DNA from: Mizuhopecten yessoensis | Lineage: Eukaryota | Direction: 5' to 3' | Assembly: GCF_002113885.1 (NCBI RefSeq) | Contig: NW_018404715.1 | Coordinates: forward strand, 251,268 to 313,378 | Length of the DNA stretch: 62,111 nucleotides | In this document: piece by piece, positions 13,156-25,002 of the stretch | Layout of the letters: each line of letters begins with the position of its first letter | Position numbering within the stretch: the stretch's first letter is position 1 | Program-made: the position numbers and the translations under genes | Notes under the pieces: generated by a model | The model's database searches: none | Told to the model about the DNA's origin: nothing | The model's input: only the letters and a program-made list of their open reading frames with translations

Positions 13156-15237
13156 CTGAAACAAACAAGTGGACGCGTATTTGACACAAGATGGATGTTA
13201 GGGTAGCTGTACTCTCTTGTTAAGAAAAAGAACACTTGTCTTACTCATGGTTAAAAAATAAATCATAAAAGATTGCGAAATAGATACACCTTGATATGTT
13301 CCTTTTGTGACTTGCAATTTCATATACTAACACAAGGATTACTGTTTGCGATGCGGTGACAAGTTTATTCAATATTTGTTATGAAATATGAAAGTGTCTT
13401 AATGAACAAAAATATAACCACCGTGATATAATAGTCGACACACCTTGTGAGTTACACCTGCCTGAGGACAAAGAACAAAGGACACCGCCTCCTCGTTGTA
13501 CCTTGTAAAGATACGTTCCGTCTGGCAGAGGGCATCCAAGGTCAATCAACACATAATAGTTAAAATGAAACGTTTAAATCAAGATGTTTTGTGCTCAATT
13601 TTTTTCCTCAAATAATTTATTTTCAAATAAGGAATTTCGAAATTTATGACTAAGATATTTCATCGTATTTATTAATTAAGTCACATTCACGAAAACATGC
13701 TAAAACGCCACCGACTTTCGTCATAAAGTCAGCTTTGTACCTCACGATGTGCGCTTGTTTATATAAAATGAGTATCTATTCATAGTACTCCTAACAAAGT
13801 TTAACAACATTTGACGCGATGACTCCACAAATTTAAGGTTCAATATAATATAATGCTTTATCTACAAAAACTATAAGCTACAACGCCAATATATCAGGAC
13901 AAAATGGGACCTCAAATTTGAAAAAAAGACAACATCAGAATTTGAGAAAATATCGAAACAAAAGAAAGACATGGTGACCCCAGCTTTTGCGATACTGGCT
14001 TTAATGATTCCACTACATTTTAAAATTAGTATTGAAATATCAACATTATGTTAATATTTCAAGGGTATTTTTTTCAATTTGGAAAGTTCTTGTTTTATTG
14101 CAAAATAATTGCTGGTAGGTATATTGTTAGAAACATCAAACTCCAACAATTAGATGTATCAGTGGTGTAGACATCACAGAACTGACCAGTTGAACCCATA
14201 CTGTATTGTCTGACGGTTAGATATTCTATTCTTTCTGTCATTGGGAGCGTCTTTTTAGCCTATTACATGCTATTTCTTAAAGCAATTATATTATATTAAA
14301 TCCAATAAAAGTGCACTTATATTATGTTCGTTTGATGATAAAGCTAGCATTTTAAATACCAATTTTTAGGGAATTGTCCGGTCTTTTGTTTCCCGAAATG
14401 TTCAAACGCTATCAATCGAGTGCCTTTTGTCTTGTATGAAACCTTATGTTCATTTTATTAGCTGCTTTGAGAAACAGCAGCGTTGCTGTCGAAATGCAAC
14501 TGCTGATGCTAATCTGTATATCTTGTGATGTCTTGTTATCTTAAACAATCCAGTAAATATGTGTATAGTCTTTCTTAAAAATGAAAAGTTCGGAATTTTG
14601 GTACAAATTTTGGAAGATATTGTCAATTTCCTACTCGATCATTCAAACCAAACTGCTAAACATTAAAGAAACTGCTTTGAAGAATCATATTACGTTTTTT
14701 AAAGTGTACATTAAGCTGACTTAACTTTAAACGAATTGTTCAAGAATGACAGATTCATGGCATGTACTTTGTTATGTCTACTTTCCTGTTCCGAATATTT
14801 CCCCGGCACAATCAGGGAGGCACCATCTCCGAGGGTGAGATAGGCTTATCTTGTGCCGTAGGGGAGGAGGGGATTGTTAAAAATACGTACGTTACGGATA
14901 CCCGGCAAACGTTTGTCTTATCAGTACGTGAAATCCACGCCCATTTCAGACCACGGTAACTACTCCGCATGCCGTTCGGAACCCCTCCCAGTGTATAGAT
15001 GGTAACCCGAGTAGCAGTTCTCAGCAGCCGTAGCAATATGCCATCAGAAAAACATTGCTAAACTTAGAACCAGTAACAAGTCAAAATGCCAACAGCTATA
15101 AAAGTGTCACTTAAGCCTTATCGCAGTTTTCAAAACTTTTTTACAAGTTAATGAAAAAATGATGGAGATAATTTTAGTGATTTCGACTCGGTATTATGTG
15201 TAAGCTTACTGCTTTATATGCTAAACGGTAGAATGTG

Positions 15238-15960
15238 TTTATCACTATATAGCGTTTAAGACTAAGGGCTATCTGGACGTTCCATGGCAGTGGATGATAA
15301 CCAGAGTTAAACTGTACGATGACACAAGCTTATGCATAATACATTTGAGTGCTAAAATGATGAATTGTTTATTGCAGTTACATGTATGATATCATCATGC
15401 CAGGAAACAGTAAACCAAGGAGGCAACGGGGGCTCATGTAAGAAATACATAATGCAAGAGAACCTATATTTTAACAATATGTTTAATTTCATTTTAAAGA
15501 GCAAAAATTTCATGACACACATTTAGAAAAGTTATTTTTTATAAGGAGATACCGAAAACATTTACAAAAGTCTAGACCACCGGGATATTTTGAGATATAT
15601 TTTTAGATAAGTTAATGAGGCAGGGGCGCCTGTCTTTGATAGGATAAATGTATTTCGCCCTAAACATGCATTCATTTGCATATCTGAATTAATTTATGAA
15701 TTTATTACCAGAGAATATTTTAAAAAGATCACAAAACCTTTTCCTGAAAACAAAGGAAGGATTTTGAAAAAATTAACCAGAAATTAAAAAAAGGCTTATT
15801 ATAATCATGATCTGATGACTTAATATGAAATCAAAACCCCCACTTATAATATGAAACTAAGTTATATATTAATAACTCTCCTTTTTGATAACAGACAGTT
15901 TAATTCTGAAGTCGGTAATCGTTAGTGTAGTTGGTTATTTTATCACTATATAGCGTTTAA
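15238..15960. repeat. Exact 22-bp direct repeat pair flanking ~680 bp
   Basis: TTTATCACTATATAGCGTTTAA at 15238-15259 and 15939-15960. Confidence 0.85.
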
Positions 15961-17779
15961 AATAAATATCGTACCTGCCAGTGGAGAAATAGGAAAGTCC
16001 AACAAAATAAAAAGGTTATGAAGATGTGAAGAACTAAGTAAAGTTGATGATCTGATAAAGAATGTTTTGTTGTAACAGCTATTTCTTCCTACTCGTGGAT
16101 CCTTGTCAATTCCCTGTAGACAAGTTGCAAATAATCGTGAATGCTGAAATTAAGATCTAAAATAGAGAGGCATGATATTTTCTTACGGTTTAGACGTGAT
16201 TTCTCAATGTGGTTAATTTTCGAGTTTATAACAAGAACCGTTCGTTGGAATGGTGTCCATACACAATACACTGATAAACCTGAATTAGGACCACCTGTCT
16301 ACAAACTGTCCTAATATCGATGTAATTATTACATAAATGTTTATGTTTTATATCAGAAATATGTATATAACAACAAACTTGTCTATAAGAAGAAGTTTTA
16401 GTTTTTAATGCTAAAAACTAAATAGTATTTGCAAACATAGCGCTATAAATGTCAAGTGACGTTGCAAGTTTTGAGTTATCTTTGTGAATGTGTAAAATAA
16501 AAAATAAAAAGTTTTTCTCAGAGAACGGAAGGATAAGGAAACTGCCATATTTTCTCTTTTTTTTCCCTATTCACACCTTCACAAGGCATTCGTCACTACT
16601 TTGTATTATCAATTCAATTTCGTCTACTCCGTCATAAGCAGTAAGAATGTCAAACACGTTATCGGAAGAAAAGTGCAATTTTTGCAATTTACAATTTTGC
16701 AATAAATTTGTGATAACAGTATTGCAGTCTATCTTAAATTATCTATATATTATGTTATCATCTTATAATAGCACCTAGCGTGAAGTAATTGTAAAATGGG
16801 AAATTGTAGTATGAGTGATTTCAGGTTGAGTCTTTCAGGACTCTTGTACTTTACTAAAAGGTTAAATGTTGATGGTCACACAATAGCACTAACGGAAGGG
16901 TCGTCATTAATGGTAAATTGATGTGCTGTTATTAATGAACGACTGAACATGGGTGGATGCTAATTTAATAAAAGAGTGTATATGCCTATCAGATCAGTAA
17001 CCTATGTGATCTTTCAAGGGTGAAATCAATTTTGTGATGACGTTACCCTGACTAATTTGACATGCATGATTAGTTGACAGTTATCCTGATGTATCAAGGT
17101 ATGTTGCTTTCATAACACAGTTCAATTTAATTTAAATATATAATACTTCCAGAGTTTTAAAACTTAAAATAAATTAGTCTACGATGCGAAGCAGAAAACG
17201 GAAATACTTATATTATTGCCAACTGTTTACAATTACCTTTTAAAAAATCCCTTCGACGTGTGAAAAGCTAACAGAGTACTTTGTATAAAGTTTTGTAAGC
17301 TTTGCAGTGGTGCATCGAATCATTTTGAAAACTTTATGCTTCATAAAAATATCAACATTGCTATGAACACTTTGTCTAATTCAAAGCCCTCAAATGCATA
17401 GCTGCCTTTTTATCCTTATAATGAAAGCAACAGTCGTACAGTCAAAATATAACTCAAGTCTGAAAGCTGACGACACTCGAAATATTTCAGTCAATTAAAC
17501 AGTTGAAACAAACCTCATTGGCGTAATAATATTGTAAGCCTAATTTTGAAATCGATTTTCTTCCAAACTATTTTTGCATAAATGAATATTTTTGTGATTG
17601 GGATATATAAAGCCGATTATTTTGAATCCCAGAACGCATATTTTCTGTTTTCATTTTAAAAATTCGACAATATTGTATTTTCAAAATAAACCTAAATATG
17701 TCATTAAGGTAATGAGGCCTGCTATATCTAGGTCGGGATATGTTTAGCTTGATTGACGTGCATGCTGTATATACCCATA

Positions 17780-17852
17780 GGAATAGAATCACGATATGGG
17801 TGAATAGATCCATGGAATAGAATCACGATGTGGGTTAATAGATCCATGGAAT
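17780..17852. repeat. 34-bp tandem duplication
   Basis: GGAATAGAATCACGATRTGGGTKAATAGATCCAT starts at 17780 and 17814. Confidence 0.85.
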
Positions 17853-18409
17853 GCATTAACATGACTGGTATGCAAATTAACACAATCAAGCTTCTGAACA
17901 CGTTTTACTCAAGTAGAAATAGATTTGACATATTTCCAATACTCAAGATGACGTCGCTGATTGATACTTCAAAGTAAATATCTGTCGATGCTAAATATGT
18001 CGATGTAATGTTTGTAACAGTATGTAAAAAACACAGTAAAACTTCTTCATGTCGAGATAAAGGAACAGTTTAACCTCAATATGTCGACGTAAAAAAGTAG
18101 TCAGACAAAGTTATATCATCAAGTTTCAATACATTCCAACAATCTGCCATAGTTTATTTCGAAATAAATCAGAATTCATGTATCCCGATCTAAAAAAAAA
18201 GAAACACACAACTAAACTACAGTGGGGCCTGTGATTAACATGTAAGGGGTTATAGTTCGTTATAATGAAGTGACATAATGTCGGAAAATGCGTCTTTTTT
18301 TTACTCAAACTACAGATGTAGTTTAATATAAACACATATGAGAGCTTTCATGTACAATTGATGTCACTCTAGCATACTAGTAGATATATGACACACTGAC
18401 ATCGTTAAT

Positions 18410-19362
18410 TATGTATATTGGGGAATTTTCGACCTTCTCCCATAAACTCAGTTTTCGCCAATCTCCCATAAAATCAATTTTTGCCAGTGTAAATTTCGCC
18501 CATCTCCCTTTAACTCAGTTTTCGCCCAGTGAAACTTTCGCCCATCTCCCATAAACTCAGTCTTCGCCCAGTGTAAATTTCGCCTTTCATATAAAATTTC
18601 AATGTAGATTATGTTGTGTACCTATATTCGCTTTAAGGTAATAGGATTGTGTCACCATTTCTCAGTAGAATTTCTTTAAATTTTATAGTTATATTGCTTT
18701 AAAGTAAAGAAAATTTTCTGCCACAAAAAAAGTATATCGGTTGTCAGAATTTTAAGGATTTTAAATGGAAATTTATGTAAAAAGGAGTGAATTTTGAAAA
18801 AAAAATGAAAGACACAATATTTTTACAAAATAATGTCAATAAAAATGATACTGACATATATTAGTATTGGATTAATGTATATCAATTTAATAAATGCTGA
18901 AATTGTGTAAAATTAATTCTCTATACACGATAGAAAAATTGACATTTTATAATAAAACCATATACACATAGTAATTGCAGGTAAGAGTTATTGTTCTTGA
19001 AAAACTTCACAGTAGTGAAATAGGTAGCCGGTTTCCTGAAGTAAAGAAAAAATGGACACATGTGACTCATTGATAAAAGAACCCCTGATTTAATGCCTGG
19101 ATTGCTTTGAAATACTTTAATATCGAGAGAACACACTGTTCTGTCAATAATAAACATACAATATGCATCAGTTTAATATTAAACATTAGAATTTGCGGAA
19201 ATTGTGATACTGTCTCCCTGCATTGGATTTTCAACTAGGGATGTACTTCCTGTTTCCGTTTATCAATACACTCCAATGACCTTAATGATAAATTCGCCCT
19301 CGTTAAGGAGGGCGAAAAAAGGCGAAAATTAAACTGCGGCGAAAAATGTCCGGTATACTGTA
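18410..19362. mobile_element. Degenerate MITE / non-autonomous DNA transposon with TTTTCGCC / GGCGAAAA subterminal motifs
   Basis: Left end ATGTATATTGGGGAATTTTCG resembles the reverse complement of the right end GGCGAAAAATGTCCGGTATACTGTA. There is a ~41-bp subterminal tandem (CTCCCATAAACTCAGTTTTCGCCCAGTGTAAATTTCGCCCA) at 18436-18585, and a hairpin TTCGCCCTC-GTTAAG-GAGGGCGAA at 19293-19316. Confidence 0.6.
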
Positions 19363-21566
19363 CTACATCAAACATATTGCGAAATATAAAGTCGATGAAT
19401 CTGTGCGGAATTTTTTTTGTCTTGCAGAAAACTTTTCGATTAACTGATTACATTAATATCTTTACTGTTTTTTATATTGAATTGATTTTATATAATATAC
19501 ATCTAAGTTGTTTTGTAGAAAAAAACATTGTTTACACTCCTCTCGTTGGCAGCAACACAACAATAGTAATTCGTTAAATAACTATAGCAGTCTGTTTTAG
19601 CACAATTGATATGAATGCTTGTGCTGAATGACTTACAAGTTTATAAAAAGGAAATTAAACATTCATTCATTATTGAAAAAATAGATATATGAAGATATCA
19701 ATTTTCAATATTAATTTTGTTTCATGTGCTAACTACATCAGAAAGATTCAGATTGATGTTTGACTGATGCTACAAGGTGAGTTAAAATCAAATTAATCTT
19801 CAGAAGGAATGTTTTAGGCTAGATGACTGCTTCTTTGAACAACATGGACATTTAGAGATGCATAACGATATCGCCATGTTATCATTACGTTAATATTTCT
19901 CAAATGGGGCGTTACAACATTGGAGTTTTTATTTTAAACAAAAATTGCCATGAAATATTTCGAATGTGCATTTTCTGGTCTGCATTGTGCAGATGTCATC
20001 CTCTGAGCTGCTATTGTATTTGCGAAAAAGTCATAAAACATTTTGTGAAAGTGGTTTGTGTACTTTAACGGCTTCTAATAATCATTGAAAAATATAGCCG
20101 CATGATCAACAATGTGGAGCAGTGTATATTACTTCTGGTCGTCGTAGCTTTGAGAATAAATGAGGCATGGGCGAATTCTAATATTTGCTGTTAAATAATA
20201 AATTGATATTTCCATGTAAACGACTCAATGTTGTTGACTCGCTATTTCTGTACATCTCACATTACTTATACAGGCCGTTCACCCGTCACAGAACATGACA
20301 GTTATGTCCACTCCAGGCCATCTATATTTCACTAGCTTATTATCCGGGTACACACACAACCCCGCTTGTTGTTTTCCAGGTAAAAACACTGGAGCACGTT
20401 GTATTTATTATTAAACGTTGATTTTACGTTTCCTGTGTTCCTGTTTGCTACTCTGTTATACCTGTTGTATACACACACGGTTGGATGGTGTTCTGTATTT
20501 GTTGTTAGTTTGGGGAGTGTAACCTAATAGTGCGGTCATTGTGATTTATTAAAACCTATGAACCTCGCTCTGTTTTAATGAGCATGCTAAAACATACAGA
20601 TCTTTAAACCAGATATGACGCAATGTTCATTATTTTGTTGCCATATTAAATCAAACTTTTCTATTTTTTAAGGTTTCTTCAAAATTGCATTGACTCAACG
20701 TAAATTGCTTTTGCCTGCTAGCTAGCCAATCTCGTATTTCTTACACTTAAACACATTTTAAGGAGACATACACCTTATATGAATGGCATCTCCTTTACGA
20801 AAGAGTTCCCAACTTTGAAGCTTTTAAAGCCTATGCTGTTCTTATTCTTTGTTAATAAGTTAATGGCAATTTCAAGGTACATCAGAATTATGAATGTATT
20901 GATAATGCTGACACAATCCGGCATTGACTTTGTCATGTTAAATATGTACGAAGTATGGGAAAGAACAAATCATATCCTAAGAGTAACATAAAACCTTTGA
21001 ATAATTAGGCCGTGATATTTTTAAAATGTTTTTTTCTCTCAAAATAAATATCGATTTATCAAAGCTTACATAGGAATCCAAAATGTGTTGAAAACAACAG
21101 CCATAATATTTCCTGAAAATTAAAACAGAATAAGTCCATTATATCGTCAATTGGGAAGTAAACAATCGATGAGATAGGGGAACAAATCGAACCGAGGAAA
21201 CATCATAGAATACCAGCATCAATTGTGCTTATATACATATTGTTTTTTGAATTCTGTTATCTGGAAAAAGGCAAAATTTTAAATTCTTTTTCTGAAAATA
21301 TATTTTGGAAATTGTATTTAAGCACACTTCAGTAATCTATACGTTGAACTTTCATAAGTATTAAAACAGCAGTAAAAATATTTGATTACTTGTAGCAATA
21401 CAAGAAATGGGCACGAAACCTTCTCTTTAGTACTCTAACCATGTAAGATTTGACATTTGTAAGAACATCGTTTGTGTACTAAAGACAAGTCTATAGCGGG
21501 GCATTAACTCATAAACATGTGTGGTTCTCGGTAAAAGTTCAAAAGATACAGGTACAGCATTTTTCT

Positions 21567-21848
21567 TTAAATAAGAACGGTACTTTTCTGCACTTCTCTT
21601 TGTCTTTCGAGAGCTGTATCGTTGTTCTCGTTGGCGCTTTCTACTCTCGACGCAATTCTTTTCCTCTGGGGATCTGTCTTAAGAACGGTGTTATTTTCCT
21701 TGGTGTCGGACGCAGGAGGTGTCTCCGTCTTAGAGTCCTCGTAATCAGGAATTGTGTCACATTCTTACTGGCATCTGGTCTTTGGGGAATCGTGTATTTC
21801 ATTATGCCAGCTTCTGTGTTTTAACGTAGACTCCTTTTGTTTTTTCAT
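21567..21848 (-). pseudogene. Coding-like exon remnant with one internal stop
   Basis: MKKQKESTLKHRSWHNEIHDSPKTRCQ*ECDTIPDYEDSKTETPPASDTKENNTVLKTDPQRKRIASRVESANENNDTALERQREVQKSTVLI*. Charged, disordered composition; a single frame is held across the stop. Confidence 0.55.
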
Positions 21849-22668
21849 GTTATTCAGTTTGAGCTTAGTTTAAAACCGAACTTTGTTCAAGATGTATGCA
21901 TAAACTTTGCACTTTCATCTTGCCAACAACAACGTCTTTCATGTAAAGAAATATCGTAAAATAAAACTTTTGGCTCAGAATCTTACAAAGTCGGCTTCGT
22001 CACTGTATTGACTTTTTGTTACTCTACTTTATAGGATAATAAATAAATGATCTTGGTTTATCAGGTAGATTAATAGAAAAAAATGCATATCTAGATTTGA
22101 AATCAATGATTTTTTTTACTTTTTTTTTTTAGAATACATTCATAAGAACGTAATAATTAAGACACATTAGTTCTAAACGAGAATTTTATCTTAAGATATA
22201 GTTTGTCGGAAACAAAAAGAGTGTTTATCTGTCGCATGTGATAAGAAATAAAGACATTTTTCACCTTTACCCTCTTTCACAGTTGTGGATATTGACTCAA
22301 ACTTGAACGATGTTGAATGGTTCAGAGAGGGTCCGAATTCAAAGCTGATGGTAAAAGTTATGAATTCCATCGAGCAGTATCTGATATGGCGTATTAAGAC
22401 TCGTCAATATTACTTACATAAGGGTTTAAACCAAACCAAACCAAAACTGTGTTAAAGGTATGTCGAGAGGGTTCCATACTTAAATCCTTATTGCGAATCA
22501 TGAATATGACATTGCAATTACTTTAGTAGGATTAATTATCTTTCAGGTTAAATTATTGTTTCTGACATTGTTTAATATAAAATACATTCAAAATAAGCAA
22601 GATCACATAATAAAGGTTTTAAAGTTAACACGTGTTCGAGTCAGTAAAAATATCAATTTGAAAATTAC

Positions 22669-22974
22669 CTTGATGTATCATCAACTAATGAAGCTTGGTA
22701 CACCGGCTGGCTACTGTATTTCTATTGTTGTATGCTGGACAACTTGCTTGTGTTTATCTGTCAGAGTTCATCAAGTATAATAGTGTTGCATGTTCGCGCC
22801 TTTAGTTGCCTCCGCTGTTCATTGCACGAAGGTGTTAAGAGATCCGTTTGGGTAGGAGTACGTTCCCAATCGCTCGGGGACAATTTTCACGGATTTTCTC
22901 GCTTTCCCGTGTTGGCTATTTTTACCGTGTCATGTCCACTTGAAGCGGTCTTTTTGATAACGTTTTGAGTGTGC
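22669..22974 (-). pseudogene. Exon remnant with three in-frame stops and a mutated acceptor
   Basis: HTQNVIKKTASSGHDTVKIANTGKRENP*KLSPSDWERTPTQTDLLTPSCNEQRRQLKARTCNTIILDEL*QINTSKLSSIQQ*KYSSQPVYQASLVDDTS. Donor AAG|GTAATT (GT at 22668-22667). The upstream polypyrimidine tract ends in ttccttttAC instead of AG. Confidence 0.55.
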
Positions 22975-23431
22975 GTAAAAGGAAATTAGTTTATAGGTTT
23001 TTTCTATATGTATGAAAAGGTACTCGCAAGGATAGAAACTCCGTGGAGCATTAACTTTTGATCAAGTGTCCTTTTATTATGAGACGATCCAAAAGCATTC
23101 GACGGATTCAAAACCATACAGATTGCGTGAATTATCTATATTGGATTTAACTTAAAATCTCATACATGCATACTATTATAGTTTTATAAAACCTACCTAA
23201 GAAGGGTTTATTAAAACTGATTGAGATCAGTACGTCACCATGTTGTATATATTTAAGTACAGCAAATTTAGAAAATATACAACATCGTCAACACACAAGG
23301 ACAAAGCTGAAATTAAAATTAGATAGTTGAGTAGAACAAAAGCAAAGCACTCACCAGGAACAGACATGACAACATCAGAAACGCATTAGAAACAAAACAA
23401 AAGGAAAGACAATCACAATTAGTGGAACGAC

Positions 23432-24402
23432 AATAACAGGAACGCATCAGACACCAAAACTTAAGGACTGACGATAACAGGAACGCATCATACACCAAAA
23501 ATTAAGGACTAACAATAACAGGAACGCATCGGACACCAAAACTTAAGGATTGACATTAACAGGAACGCATTAGACACCAGAACTTAAGGACTGACAATAG
23601 CAGGAATGCATCAGACACAAAAAATTAAGGACTGACAATGACAGGAACGCATCAGACGCCAAAACTTAAGGACTGCCAATAACAGGAACGCATTAGACAC
23701 CAAAAATTAAGGGCTGACAATAACAGGAACCCATCAGACACCAAAAATTAAGCACTGACAATAACAGGAACGTATCAGACACCAAAAATTGAGGACTGAC
23801 AATAACAGGGACGCATCAGACAACAAAAATTAAGGACTGACGATAACAGGAACGCATCAAACACCAAAACTTAAGGATTGAAATTAACAGGAACGCATCT
23901 GACACCAAAACTTAAGGCCTGACAATAACAGGAACGGATCAGACACCAAAAATTAAGCACTGACAATAACAGGAACCCATCAGACACCAAAAATTAAGGT
24001 CTGACAATAACAGGAACCCATCAGACACCAAAAATTGAGGACTGACAATAACAGGGACGCATCAGACAACAAAACTTAAGGACTGACGATAACAGGAACG
24101 CATCAAACACCAAAACTTAAGGATTGAAATTAACAGGAACGCATCCGATACCAAAACTTAAGGACTGACATTAACACGAACGCATCAGATACCAAAACTT
24201 AAGGACTGACGATAACAGGAACGCATCATACACCAAAAATTAAGGACTGCCAATAACAGGAACGCATGAGACACCAAAACTTAAGGGCTGACAATAACAG
24301 GAACGCGTCAGACACCAAAACTTAGGGACTGACAATAACAGGGACGCATCAGACAACAAAAATTAAGGACTGACAATAACAGGAATGCATCAGACACCAA
24401 AA
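23432..24402. repeat. 41-bp minisatellite, ~23-24 copies
   Basis: Consensus AATAACAGGAACGCATCAGACACCAAAA(C/A)TTAAGGACTGAC repeated head to tail. Confidence 0.97.
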
Positions 24403-24659
24403 CGAAAGGAAAGACAAGCACACTATACGAAAGACAAAAATTGAAAGCAGCAGACACCACAACAAAAAGAAAGGCAACAACACCTTATCGGACAATTTTA
24501 GGAACGCAGCTGACATCAATGGGAACGCATCAGACACAAACAAATAATGCAAAGACAACAAAAGAAACGCAGCACACGCCATAACAAAGCAAAAAAGACA
24601 ACAACAGGAATGCGACGGACACCATAGCTTCAGGAAAGACAACAACGAAGCAGTCACCA

Positions 24660-25002
24660 AACGAAAAAGAACGACAACAGCAGGAACGCAACAGACCCAC
24701 AAACTAAAGCAAACAGCAGGAACGCAACAGCCCCACAAACAAAAGACAACAGCAGGCACGCAACAAACCCACAAACGAAAGACAACAGCAGGCACGCAAC
24801 AAACCCACAAACGAAAGACAACAGCAGGCACGCAACAAACCCACAAACGAAAGACAACAGCAGGCACGCAACAAACCCACAAACAAAATACAACAGCAGG
24901 AACGCACCAAACTCACAAACTAAAGACAACCGTAGGAACGCAACAGACCCTCAAACTAAAGACAACGGTAGGAACGCAACAGACCCACACACTAAAGACA
25001 AC
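24660..25002. repeat. 36-bp minisatellite, ~9 copies
   Basis: Consensus AAAGACAACAGCAGG(C/A)ACGCAACA(A/G)ACCCACAAAC(G/T). It explains the Cys/Val-rich ORFs at 24349-24929. Confidence 0.95.

Noticed and set aside
24349-24929. Cys-rich ORFs (WVCCVPAVVFRL repeats)
   Set aside because: Translation of the 36-bp minisatellite, open in all three minus frames.
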